A DNA stretch of 64,000 bases, taken from NCBI GenBank assembly GCA_038231455.1, contig JBBRLI010000002.1, forward strand, positions 1 to 64,000, given 5' to 3'. Positions 1 to 8,615 of the stretch are shown here, one piece after another. Below the pieces are notes generated by a model, which saw nothing but the letters and a program-made list of their open reading frames with translations, was not told the origin of the DNA and did no database searches. The first letter of the stretch is position 1, and each line of letters begins with the position of its first letter. Position numbers and translations under genes: made by a program. The DNA comes from Vulcanimicrobiales bacterium. GTDB lineage: Bacteria; Vulcanimicrobiota; Vulcanimicrobiia; Vulcanimicrobiales; Vulcanimicrobiaceae.

Positions 1-256
1 CGACGACCATTCGGCGCATTCGCACGAGGAATTCCAGATTTTCGTTACCTTGGCTGGAACGGGCCTTCGCGGCAATTGGCAAGGCTCATCCGGTATGCGT
101 CGACGTTTCTCGTTTGAGCCGGGCGAAATTCATGTCGTCAAACCAAGCGGCGATGGCGCGAGGGGATCGCAGCGCTGCAAGGGCGGTTTTTGCGGACGAC
201 GTCGTATTTGTCGTTTCCGGTCGTGGCACTTTTGCGGGACTCTACCGCGGCCCTGA
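1..256 (+). pseudogene. AraC-type cupin ligand-binding domain fragment (begins before window; no HTH seen)
   Basis: Frame 2 from the window edge reads DDHSAHSHEEFQIFVTLAGTG...FEPGEIHVVKP, like the AraC N-terminal cupin, then becomes non-protein-like and stops at 256. Confidence 0.4.
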
Positions 257-494
257 GGCGGTCATGGACTATCTCGGAGCGTTAATGGAGCGAACTGCCG
301 GCACGTATACGATTTCCCAAATGCGCTGGTCCACAACTGACGAGCATGTCGTGCTCGTGACGCGCAATCACGCGCGCATGGACAAACGCCAACTAGAATG
401 GGATGAGGTCATCGTATTCCGTTTCGTGGCCGGGAAAAAGAAACGGATCGATCTCTTTAGCGGCGCCCCGGATGCCGTAGCCGATTTCTTCTGA
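132..494 (+). CDS. SnoaL/NTF2-like protein
   Basis: AMARGD..A..VFADDVVF..SGRG..AG.YRG..AV pattern; VFRFVAGK at the C-terminus; N-terminus may be clipped. Confidence 0.75.
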   Translation: MSSNQAAMARGDRSAARAVFADDVVFVVSGRGTFAGLYRGPEAVMDYLGALMERTAGTYTISQMRWSTTDEHVVLVTRNHARMDKRQLEWDEVIVFRFVAGKKKRIDLFSGAPDAVADFF

Positions 495-505
495 TCGTAC
501 GCCGT

Positions 506-1534
506 TTATGGGACGACGCTTGCGGCTATCGCTGCTAGTTCCTTAATATCGAGGTCGCCGACTAAGGCGAATGCTAACCCGTGTTCGCGCCAGGAGAGGA
601 GCGTTGTTGGGCCGTCGCTGACGTAGCTTCCATCGTGATCTTCGAAGCGGATCTTGGTTGGCTTTTGCGCGCCGAAGTCGGCTGCTGCCGAACCCGCGTT
701 TTCGAAGAGTGAGAGGTCGCGTACGCCGTCGGAGTAGAGGAAGTGAAAGCTTTTGATCGTGCGGATCATCGAGACGTCGGCGCTTACGAGTGAGAAGCCC
801 TCGGGCAGACGCTTCGGATTCATCGGGGTGAATCCGGCTGTTTTGATCGTTGCCTCGAGGTCGGTCGATGGTTGGGCGTAGTTGCGCCCGGCGACGGAGA
901 TGAAGCCGGCGGTATCGCGGGTGAAGACGCCACTTGGGATGTCGTTGGTGAAGCGGATGTCATCGAATCGCACGCGTGAGATCAGCGAGCCGTCGGCGTG
1001 GTAGAGTTCTTTTGCGAGGACGATATGCGTTTGCGCGTCGATCCATAAGCGTACGGCACGTTCGCCCGTGAACTTGTTCACAAGCGAGATCGTATTGCTC
1101 GTGCGACCCGCGACGGATTCATCGGGACCCGAGACCGCGCGGTAGTTGGCCGTCAGCAGAATAATGTTGTCGTTTTCCGCTACGGGATTATCGCTTGCGG
1201 GGTTCTGCGAGGTCGTGACCGTTTTCTTTTGCGGGTCGAACTGGTAGCTCGACGTGCCGTGCGTGATGATGTACTGGCCATAGATCGACGGCGGTGCAAT
1301 AAACGTCTTGCGCGTATCGCCGGGCGCGCGGTGCTCGACCCGCGTGACCGTTGAGGTCGCGCGTATCGGGCCCCAGCTCGTCATCTGTAACTGGCCCACG
1401 TACGAAACGTGTTTCGGTGCGTCGATCGCCTCGCGCACGAGCGCGTCAGCCGTGTCCGCAAGTGCGGGAGCTCCAAGACACGAAACGAGCGCCGCCAGGG
1501 CGATGCTCGAGCGGGTGAGGTTAGTTCTTCGCAC
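506..1534 (-). CDS. MucB/RseB-like periplasmic sigma-E regulatory protein
   Basis: Signal peptide, LolA-like region (VAGR...LWIDAQTHIVL), LPEGF and YSDG..LSLFE motifs; third gene of the ECF operon; GTG 1534 chosen as start. Confidence 0.8.
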   Translation of the reverse strand: MRRTNLTRSSIALAALVSCLGAPALADTADALVREAIDAPKHVSYVGQLQMTSWGPIRATSTVTRVEHRAPGDTRKTFIAPPSIYGQYIITHGTSSYQFDPQKKTVTTSQNPASDNPVAENDNIILLTANYRAVSGPDESVAGRTSNTISLVNKFTGERAVRLWIDAQTHIVLAKELYHADGSLISRVRFDDIRFTNDIPSGVFTRDTAGFISVAGRNYAQPSTDLEATIKTAGFTPMNPKRLPEGFSLVSADVSMIRTIKSFHFLYSDGVRDLSLFENAGSAAADFGAQKPTKIRFEDHDGSYVSDGPTTLLSWREHGLAFALVGDLDIKELAAIAASVVP

Positions 1535-2042
1535 TGGCGAGGGTGTATGAGGCGGAGTTGATCGCGAGCGGCGTTGTTGCGCTTCGCTCGTCAGCATTGA
1601 TCACGCGCAGCGGTCGGTCGGCCAAGGGGTTGGCTTGCGACTCGGCGGCGTGTTCGTCGAGGTAATAGCTCGCCGAGACACCCGGCTGGTCTGCGGGCGT
1701 CAGGCTGTTGCGCGCGGCTGGGACGCCGAAGTAGCCGGCCACCAAGATCACGGCGAGTGCCGGGAGGGCGTAGGCCGGGCGGAAAAAGCTGCGCATCGCT
1801 TCGAGCGCCGACGGGCGTTCGGTTCGAACGGCTGCCCAGATTTGCGCTTTGAGCATCGGCGGGAGTTCGCGTTCTGCGGCCAGCGGCGAGCTGCGCAGCG
1901 CCTCGGTCAAGGCGACCTCCGCGTCGTAGGACGCGCGGCAGTCGACGCACGCCGTAAGGTGCGCGAAGAGGCTTGCGTCTTCGCCCGGAGCGAGTTCGCC
2001 GTGGATGTAGTCGATCAGCGTTTCGTTTAAGTAGTGCATCAC
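1521..2042 (-). CDS. zinc-finger (ZAS) anti-sigma factor
   Basis: HLTACVDC (HxxxCxxC), one TM helix, ATGA overlap with the sigma gene. Confidence 0.9.
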   Translation of the reverse strand: MMHYLNETLIDYIHGELAPGEDASLFAHLTACVDCRASYDAEVALTEALRSSPLAAERELPPMLKAQIWAAVRTERPSALEAMRSFFRPAYALPALAVILVAGYFGVPAARNSLTPADQPGVSASYYLDEHAAESQANPLADRPLRVINADERSATTPLAINSASYTLASAKN

Positions 2043-2641
2043 TTTTGTTCTTGTTGTGCCCGGAGGACAAGACGGCGGAGGAGTGCGCGAGCGCGGTGGA
2101 GTCGGGAGCGGACGGTTCCGATGGAGCAGCCCATCATGTCCGAGATTTCTTGGTAGCTATACTCTTCGATATCGGCAAGGACGATGACACTGCGTTGTTC
2201 GCTTGAGAGCTGTGCAAGCGCGAGGGACATCGGCTCGCTGAGCTGCTTTGAGACGTAGTCTTCGATGGGGTCGGTCGCGAGGGGTCGGCTTCCGCCATAT
2301 TCTTGGGGGGCGTTGTCCTCAGGTATCTCTTCTTGGAAACGTCCTTTCTTGCGCCGAAGTTCATCTCGGTGCAAATTCGTGACGATTCGATAGATCCACG
2401 AGAGGAACGAGGTGCCCGGTTGGAACGATCGCCAGGCCCGGAAGACGCGTAAAAAGGCGTCTTGCGTAAGATCGCGGGCGTCGGCCTCGTTGCCGGTGAG
2501 GCGGTAGGCAAAGTTATACGTCGCCTTGCCGTATTCACTGATCGCCTTTTCGAGAAAGGCCGATGCCTCCGGAGTCGGCGGCTCGGCTTGCTTGCGCGGC
2601 ACTCCCATCCAGTGAACGTCGTTTTCGCCCCGGTTCGACAC
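2039..2641 (-). CDS. ECF RNA polymerase sigma factor (RpoE/SigW-like)
   Basis: Region 2 DARDLTQDAFLRVFR..SFLSWIYRIVTN; region 4 YSYQEISDMMGCSIGTVRSRLHRAR. Confidence 0.95.
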   Translation of the reverse strand: MSNRGENDVHWMGVPRKQAEPPTPEASAFLEKAISEYGKATYNFAYRLTGNEADARDLTQDAFLRVFRAWRSFQPGTSFLSWIYRIVTNLHRDELRRKKGRFQEEIPEDNAPQEYGGSRPLATDPIEDYVSKQLSEPMSLALAQLSSEQRSVIVLADIEEYSYQEISDMMGCSIGTVRSRLHRARALLRRLVLRAQQEQK

Positions 2642-2683
2642 GGCCTCTCGGCGGGGACCTAAGACCGAAGAAGCAGGGTCGAA

Positions 2684-2719
2684 TTAGGGGTACCTACTAT
2701 ACTCAGTAGGCTCACCGAA
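2684..2719 (+). promoter_or_regulatory. -10 element TATACT flanked by two DtxR/MntR-type operator-like palindromes
   Basis: TTAGGggtaCCTAC (2684-2697), TATACT (2698-2703), GTAGGctcaCCGAA (2706-2719), just upstream of the Nramp gene. Confidence 0.6.
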
Positions 2720-2735
2720 CACCCGAGGAGACCCC

Positions 2736-4013
2736 GTGGCCGCGATCCCCGCCGAATCCGTTCGCCCGAAGCCCGCAAAGAAGTGGGCGTTGTGGCGTTA
2801 TCTGGCGGTTGCCGGTCCGGGCCTAATCGTCGCCTTCGCCGATACCGAAGCTGGCAGCGTGACAACGGCTGCCACTTCCGGCGCGCAATTCGGCATGAAG
2901 CTCGTGCTCTTACAGCTCTTACTGATCGTTCCGCTCTTCGTCGTACAAGAAATGACCGTCCGTCTGGGGACCGTCACGGGCAAAGGTCACGCGCAGCTCA
3001 TTCGAGACAACTACGGCCTGGGCTGGACGTGGGTATCGCTTGGCACCATGCTGGTGACGAATTTAGCGGCGCTCGTGACCGAGTTCATCGGGATCGCCGG
3101 CGTAGCGCTCATTTTTGGGCTGCCGGCGGCGCCCCTCGTTATCGGGGCAGCTGCGATTTTGATCGCGGTGAGTTTCTCCGGGAAATACAAGCGCGCTGAG
3201 TACATCGCAATGGCGCTCTGTTTTCTCGAGTTGCTCTTCATTCCGGCGGCGTTTGCCGCGCATCCGAGCGCGCACGATGTGGTGATGAACGGCCTCTTTG
3301 GTTCGCAGCCGCTCGGGAATACGACCTACTTGCTGTTGATCGCCGGCAACATTGGTGCCGTCATTATGCCTTGGATGATTTTCTATCAACAGTCGGCCGT
3401 GGTCGATAAGGGTCTCAAAGTAAAAGATCTGAATTTCGCGCGGGTCGATACGGCAATCGGCGCGGTCCTCACGCAAGTCATCATGATCGCAATCGTGGTG
3501 ACTACGGCGGCCACGCTGTTCGTCCATCATCAGAATGTCTCGGATGCCGCGCACGCGGCGCTCGCTCTCGTCCCGTTGACGGGCTCGAAACTCGCAGGAA
3601 TCGCCTTTGGTGCGGGTCTACTCGGTGCGTCGCTCATCGGTGCATTCGTGGTGTCGCTCGCGACGGCGTGGGCTTTTGGTGAAGCCTTTCGCTGGCCGTG
3701 CTCGCTCAATTTCCAGTGTACGCAAGCGAAGCGTTTTTACGGTTTGTATGCCGCAATCGTTGTTATTGCTGCCGGTGTCGTGCTCATTCCGAATCTGCCC
3801 CTGATCAAAATCACGCTTTATGTCGAAGCGTTCAACGCGTTCGTCTTACCGATTGTGCTTGGATTCTTGCTCATCATGGCCAACGACAAGAAAATCTTGG
3901 GCGACCGTGTGAATAGCGCGCTTGGCAATATCGTCACGATCGGTCTCTCCGTCGTCGTCGTCTCACTTGGCGTGTGGATGGCCTATATGACCTTCACCGG
4001 CCAGAACGGTTGA
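2736..4013 (+). CDS. Nramp-family divalent metal transporter (MntH-related)
   Basis: GPGLI..ADTEAG, QEMTVRLG.VTGKG, IGAVIMPWMIFYQQS; many TM helices; SD GAGGAG. Confidence 0.9.
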   Translation: MAAIPAESVRPKPAKKWALWRYLAVAGPGLIVAFADTEAGSVTTAATSGAQFGMKLVLLQLLLIVPLFVVQEMTVRLGTVTGKGHAQLIRDNYGLGWTWVSLGTMLVTNLAALVTEFIGIAGVALIFGLPAAPLVIGAAAILIAVSFSGKYKRAEYIAMALCFLELLFIPAAFAAHPSAHDVVMNGLFGSQPLGNTTYLLLIAGNIGAVIMPWMIFYQQSAVVDKGLKVKDLNFARVDTAIGAVLTQVIMIAIVVTTAATLFVHHQNVSDAAHAALALVPLTGSKLAGIAFGAGLLGASLIGAFVVSLATAWAFGEAFRWPCSLNFQCTQAKRFYGLYAAIVVIAAGVVLIPNLPLIKITLYVEAFNAFVLPIVLGFLLIMANDKKILGDRVNSALGNIVTIGLSVVVVSLGVWMAYMTFTGQNG

Positions 4014-4402
4014 TTCGCGCCGGCGCGCTTGCGTGCGCCATGATCGCCGTCGCGCTTCCCACTCAGGCTGCGACCGCGCCGTTCGAACGAACGTTTTCGG
4101 GGAGCGGCATGCGCGCGCGCGTTATCATCGTGCATCCGCTCATCGGGATATCGGTCTTACGGGTCGTCTTGCGCGACGATCGGGGTCGGCCGGTTCGCCG
4201 CGCGCGACTGAACGTCCATGTCGATATGGCGTCGATGGCGATGAACCCCCCGGGATCGGCACCCCTCGAGGAAATTCGCTCGGGCATCTACGAGCGCGTC
4301 GTAAAGCTCACGATGCCCGGCCACTGGAAAGCCGATCTAAGCATCGAGAGGCCCAGCGGCGTGACGTCGCTGAGCCTCCCGTTTTTCGTCGATCTGCCGT
4401 AG
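4010..4402 (+). CDS. YtkA/FixH-like exported protein (possible metal chaperone)
   Basis: Signal peptide; DMASMAM...E...GIYE...LTMPGHW pattern; TTGA overlap with the Nramp stop. Confidence 0.7.
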   Translation: MIRAGALACAMIAVALPTQAATAPFERTFSGSGMRARVIIVHPLIGISVLRVVLRDDRGRPVRRARLNVHVDMASMAMNPPGSAPLEEIRSGIYERVVKLTMPGHWKADLSIERPSGVTSLSLPFFVDLP

Positions 4403-6712
4403 CTATTTTCCGCTAAAGCGCACGCCGACTTCGACGCTGCGTGGCCGCGCATAATGGTTCCCTTGGGCATTGAGATACGTTACCCGGTAGCGGTCGTTCA
4501 ACAGATTGTGAACGGTCAGGGTCAACGCGCCGCCTTTTCCCGTCCCGAAGCCCTTCTGGAGATCGAACGTGGTATGCGGGGGTGATTTACAGTTATCGTT
4601 TGCCGGGTCGCAGCCGGCAGAAGTTAATCCCGAGCCGTATTCCCCGTTAACCGCAAGCCATCCGCCGCGTGTGTCGTTGAGGAGAATGCCGCCGTTGAAG
4701 TCGACACGCTGATCGTGATCGGCTGGGCTCCAATCGGTCGCCGGACCGCTAAAGCACGGTGCGAGGAGCTGCGTCTCACATTCTTTGACGACCGAGTATG
4801 TGTGCGTCGCCGATACATAGAAGCGGCCGCTGCGTGCGAGCGAGTGTTGGAAGAACGCGGTCTGCGTTCCGATACGACCAAGCTTATAGTTGATATCTTG
4901 GTGCAAATTTGTATTTAACACCGCCGTGTCGTCGATCACGTCAGTAGCGTTCTTCTGCATGATACGGATTCCGAGATCGCCGCCCGCGAGCGGAAGATGA
5001 CCGCCGATTTCATAAACGGAATCGCGCTGTGGGAGAAGGTCGAAATTTCCGCTCGCCGGATTGAGCGCCTGGCCCGTTGCCGGTGAGACGTTTTCAAACG
5101 AATACGGGGTGAAGAAGCGGCCATAATACGCATATAAACTCGCGCGCGGCCCAAGGAACCGCGTGAGCTTGACGCGTGGGCTGAGCATGAACGAGCCCGA
5201 GCGGAACTGCGTCGATGTGAGTTGGAACGCATCGGCACGGACGCCGTAATCCAGTTCGTAACCAGTGCCCATGCGCCAAGAATCTTGCAGGTACGCTTCT
5301 TCGGTGTGGCCGGTGTTCGGAGCGCGATCGCCAATCGTTGCGGGCGCAACGCCGAGCGGATTGTTCGATTGGAGTGTAACTGCGTAGTCTTTGCTTATCG
5401 TCGTCAGGTCGTAAAGCGTTCCGGCCTTGATCGCGTGACGGTCGCTGCGCAGTTCGTAGTCCACGTTGAAGCGATAATCGAGCGACGTACGATCGGCGCG
5501 AACGGCAAACGAACAGGTCGTTATGTCGGCCGAACAATTGGGCGTTCCGCCCGCGGCGATTCCGGCAGCGATATCGTTTGCGAAGTCCGGGGAATCTACG
5601 ATATGCGAGCGCTTGACGCTCGGTCCGAACGAGAGTGCACCGCGTTCTCCGATCGCATGGCGAAATTGTAGCGATCCGAAGAGGTCATCCTGACGTTCGT
5701 TGTCGTCTTGCTTCGAGGGTGCGCCGCTTTCGACGTCAGGTGGGATCTGATACGTTTGTAGCGAGTGCGTGAGCGTGAAATTCACAAAGTCCGTCGAACC
5801 GTGCGGAAGCGTCAGGCGAAGGAACTGGTTTGCGTTGCTGCCGCCGTTGTGCGGGGAGTTTTCGTTTGGCGGATCGAGTGCCCGGCCGTCGCGTTCGTTG
5901 CGTACCGCAAGGGAGATCGAGCCTGCACCGACGGGCGCGTGATAGCCAATCGTTCCGTCATACTTTGCATAGCTTCCGCCGAGCGCGTCAACCGTAAATC
6001 CCGGCGCGCCGCTTCCGCTACGCGTCGAGAGGTTGAGGACGGAGCCGAATTTCTCGCCGTATTGGGCGGGATACGCGCCTTCGAGCACTTCGGCGTATGC
6101 AAGGTTACTCGGATCGACTTCGCTGCCGATCACGCGATTGAGGGCCTGAGGTAAGGAGACGCCATCGACAACGTAGTTGATGTCGCCGTGATCGCCGTTG
6201 ATGTGCACGGTTCCGTTAGCACCGCGCGCGGCGCCGGGCAACTGGAGGAGGATCTCCGAGAAGTTGCCTGCTGCGGGCGAGCGCGAAAACGATTGGGCAT
6301 TGATCGTGACGTCGGTGCCGCCGCCGCGCACGATCGCACGCGATTGGGCGTTTGTGCGTCCGATCGTTTTGATTTCTTTCTGGACGTTAATCTCGAGATT
6401 TGCGCCAGCAGTATTGAGATCGACGCGGATGTCGTTATTTCCGAGGCTCGATGCGACAGCGATATCGTACGTTCCCACGGAGAGCGCGCTAAACGAGAAT
6501 TTGCCGCGCGCGTCCGTTTGCGTGCGCAAGGTGAGGTTGTTGCCGATCAAGCTGACGGATGCGGCGGGAACGGGTTGTCCATTGGAAACGACGGTGCCGG
6601 TGAGGAACGTCGTCGCGGCAAGCGCGGGCGTCGCCACCATGGCAATCAGGATGGCGAGCGTCGCCAGAAGTGCAGCACAGCGCCGCAACGGCTCGTGAAC
6701 GAGTGTAAACAC
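4403..6712 (-). CDS. TonB-dependent receptor with N-terminal carboxypeptidase-regulatory-like domain
   Basis: Signal peptide; GTV..GQPVPAASV...TDARGKFSF domain; plug (YVVDG, GAYPAQYG); barrel motifs (AYLQDSW, YGVRAD, SPRV, HNLLNDRY); SD AGGAG then GTG 6712 (TTG 6715 alternative). Confidence 0.92.
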   Translation of the reverse strand: MFTLVHEPLRRCAALLATLAILIAMVATPALAATTFLTGTVVSNGQPVPAASVSLIGNNLTLRTQTDARGKFSFSALSVGTYDIAVASSLGNNDIRVDLNTAGANLEINVQKEIKTIGRTNAQSRAIVRGGGTDVTINAQSFSRSPAAGNFSEILLQLPGAARGANGTVHINGDHGDINYVVDGVSLPQALNRVIGSEVDPSNLAYAEVLEGAYPAQYGEKFGSVLNLSTRSGSGAPGFTVDALGGSYAKYDGTIGYHAPVGAGSISLAVRNERDGRALDPPNENSPHNGGSNANQFLRLTLPHGSTDFVNFTLTHSLQTYQIPPDVESGAPSKQDDNERQDDLFGSLQFRHAIGERGALSFGPSVKRSHIVDSPDFANDIAAGIAAGGTPNCSADITTCSFAVRADRTSLDYRFNVDYELRSDRHAIKAGTLYDLTTISKDYAVTLQSNNPLGVAPATIGDRAPNTGHTEEAYLQDSWRMGTGYELDYGVRADAFQLTSTQFRSGSFMLSPRVKLTRFLGPRASLYAYYGRFFTPYSFENVSPATGQALNPASGNFDLLPQRDSVYEIGGHLPLAGGDLGIRIMQKNATDVIDDTAVLNTNLHQDINYKLGRIGTQTAFFQHSLARSGRFYVSATHTYSVVKECETQLLAPCFSGPATDWSPADHDQRVDFNGGILLNDTRGGWLAVNGEYGSGLTSAGCDPANDNCKSPPHTTFDLQKGFGTGKGGALTLTVHNLLNDRYRVTYLNAQGNHYARPRSVEVGVRFSGK

Positions 6713-6788
6713 CAAAAAACTCCTAGAAAATCGGGAGACCCGGCGCGCAGCGCGCGGGCGAAATTAGGCCGAAATCGGAGTGGTGTTC
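6707..6788 (-). promoter_or_regulatory. predicted SD/start-sequestering mRNA stem
   Basis: mRNA GAACACCA-CUCC (6788-6777) is complementary to GGAG...UGGUGUUU (6723-6707), which holds the SD and GUG; nested UCGG/CCGA pair and GC hairpin inside. Confidence 0.65.
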
Positions 6789-7363
6789 GGTGGCGGACGG
6801 TTGGGGACGAAAAGCGCGTAAATGCGGGCCCGCGGGAGATGCGGGATTGCAAAATAGCGACGTGCAACGCGGACCGCGCAGCGGGTCGAACGGTCGCGAT
6901 CGATATAGTGTGTGAGTGCCGAGGCGATTGCGACGAGCGGAGCTGCACCCGCGTCGAGAAGCAGCGCACCGAGGATTGCGGCCAAGACCGCAGACACGAG
7001 CGACCCAAGCGAGCCAAGCGGTGTGAGCGCCGTGCCCTCAAGCGTCAGCGTCAGAGCGGCAAAGCCGATTTGTAGTCCCACAGCCAGGGCCGCGAATTCG
7101 GGTCCGCGGCCGCGTCTTGGTAAGTCGGCGATGAGGAGCGTGAGGGTGCGCCTGCGGTCGTGCGTCGAGCCGCCTCGCGCGGCGAGCGCGATCAGAAGAA
7201 CGATCGATAAGGCGAGCAGACCCAGCAAATAGCTGTGCCGCGCGGCAAAATCGGCGGTCACGCCGACGCCGACGATTTCCCAAAACACGTGGACGGCCGC
7301 TCCAAGCGGCATCATGAGTGCAGCGAGGAGGCCGACGGCGCGCAAGCGACGAGTCGTCATCAT
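6764..7363 (-). CDS. multi-pass membrane leader protein with C-terminal RPPP arrest-like motif
   Basis: About 4 hydrophobic helices, AAVH..E and RHSY His motifs, basic tail ending VPNRPPPNTTPISA; about 50 nt upstream of the receptor. Confidence 0.8.
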   Translation of the reverse strand: MMTTRRLRAVGLLAALMMPLGAAVHVFWEIVGVGVTADFAARHSYLLGLLALSIVLLIALAARGGSTHDRRRTLTLLIADLPRRGRGPEFAALAVGLQIGFAALTLTLEGTALTPLGSLGSLVSAVLAAILGALLLDAGAAPLVAIASALTHYIDRDRSTRCAVRVARRYFAIPHLPRARIYALFVPNRPPPNTTPISA

Positions 7364-7407
7364 CGAGCTCTCAAACACGAAGCGGACGCGATTCTTTGCA
7401 CCAACGC

Positions 7408-7443
7408 AAAAAAAAAGCCCACCGCCGGACACGCGGTGGGCTT
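7408..7443 (-). terminator. intrinsic terminator
   Basis: AAGCCCACCGC/GCGGTGGGCTT stem followed by a 9-T run on the minus strand, after the lipoprotein gene. Confidence 0.9.
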
Positions 7444-7457
7444 GGAACGTGCCGCGG

Positions 7458-8438
7458 CTAGTGCGGTGTTGACGAGGGGTTTGCGCTCGGAGCCGGAGAG
7501 GGGCTCGCGCTCGGCGCGGCCGATTCGGAGGGTTCGACGCTGGGCGCTGCAGATGCGGTGGCACTTGGGGTTGCGCTCGGCGCGCTGCTGGGGCAAGGCG
7601 ATGCTGCGGTCCCGGTCGTGTTCGCCGTAATCGGCCCTTTGAGGTCGAGCGTCGGCTGACCGTTGGAACCAAAGATGCGGATGCGCAGACGGAACGTTCC
7701 ACTTGGAATCGGGATCGTCAGGGCTGAGGTGAGCGCCCCTTCGAATTTGAAACGGACGCCGGCGTCATCGTCGCCGTCTTGCGAGCGCAATTCAATTTTA
7801 ACGCGCGAGAGACTCGCGCCGTTCGGAGCGATCGTGAGCGATGTGCACGAAGCCGTCACCGTAACCGGCAGGTTCGACGGGAATGCATTTGTGGACGTGG
7901 TAACGGCGGTCGGATTGCCGTCTTTGTCTTCATCGATCGTCGAAGTTGCGGAGCCGGGCGAAGGTGACGCCGATGGTGATGCTCCGTTTCCGGCGTGTTC
8001 GGGTTGCGCGGAGACCCTCAAGGTTCCATCGGGTTTTACCATGACTGAGACGGCGGTTCCGTCGTCGGCGTCGGCGAGCACGACCGTTGCTTTTTGCGAA
8101 CCCGCGGTCACCACGACGGTCGCGCCGCGCGGCACATCGGCCGTGAATGTGATGGTCGCATGTCCGTTCGCATCGAGCGTCCCACTTGCAACGATTTTAT
8201 CGCGATACGTTACCGTGATTGGCGTACCGCTGAGTGCTTGCGTCTGCCGGCCGGCGCTAAGTGTGCTCGTTCCGGAAAAACCGATATCCATAACGCGCGT
8301 CGTTGTACGAAGCGCCGCCGCCGTTGCGAGGGAGGTCGGTACGCTAGCGTTCGGCACAGCGCTCGTTCCGCCGCCGCTGCAGCCGACAAACGCAATCGCG
8401 ACCGATGCGAGAAGACCGAAGCCGATCCGATAATTCAT
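7458..8438 (-). CDS. putative lipoprotein with Ser/Ala/Pro-rich tail
   Basis: Lipobox FVGC-SGGG; beta-rich body; SAxPS low-complexity C-terminus; SD GGGAG. Confidence 0.8.
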   Translation of the reverse strand: MNYRIGFGLLASVAIAFVGCSGGGTSAVPNASVPTSLATAAALRTTTRVMDIGFSGTSTLSAGRQTQALSGTPITVTYRDKIVASGTLDANGHATITFTADVPRGATVVVTAGSQKATVVLADADDGTAVSVMVKPDGTLRVSAQPEHAGNGASPSASPSPGSATSTIDEDKDGNPTAVTTSTNAFPSNLPVTVTASCTSLTIAPNGASLSRVKIELRSQDGDDDAGVRFKFEGALTSALTIPIPSGTFRLRIRIFGSNGQPTLDLKGPITANTTGTAASPCPSSAPSATPSATASAAPSVEPSESAAPSASPSPAPSANPSSTPH

Positions 8439-8479
8439 AGTTTCTCCCTAAGCTGGACTCCGTAGCGATGTTGCGGCTA

Positions 8480-8511
8480 ACACTACGAATCGATCGTGAA
8501 GAAACGATGAA
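8480..8511 (-). promoter_or_regulatory. possible OmpR/PhoB-type direct repeat plus -10 element
   Basis: Minus strand TTCAT-N6-TTCAC (11-bp period), 10 nt, then TAGTGT. Confidence 0.4.
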
Positions 8512-8615
8512 AAATTCCGCGTGGGCCGATCACTATGCGCTCGCTCACAACGATCGAGTCACGAAGCGTGCGTTCGGTTGACGCGGGTTTGCACGAAAAA
8601 CGTATTCGTCGTCGT

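Noticed and set aside
6713-6763. Cobalamin riboswitch before the receptors or the mutase
   Set aside because: The intergenic regions are too short and no B12-box was seen
7461-7600. SAxPS repeats as a DNA repeat or CRISPR array
   Set aside because: Degenerate low-complexity coding linker; no identical repeats with spacers seen anywhere in the window
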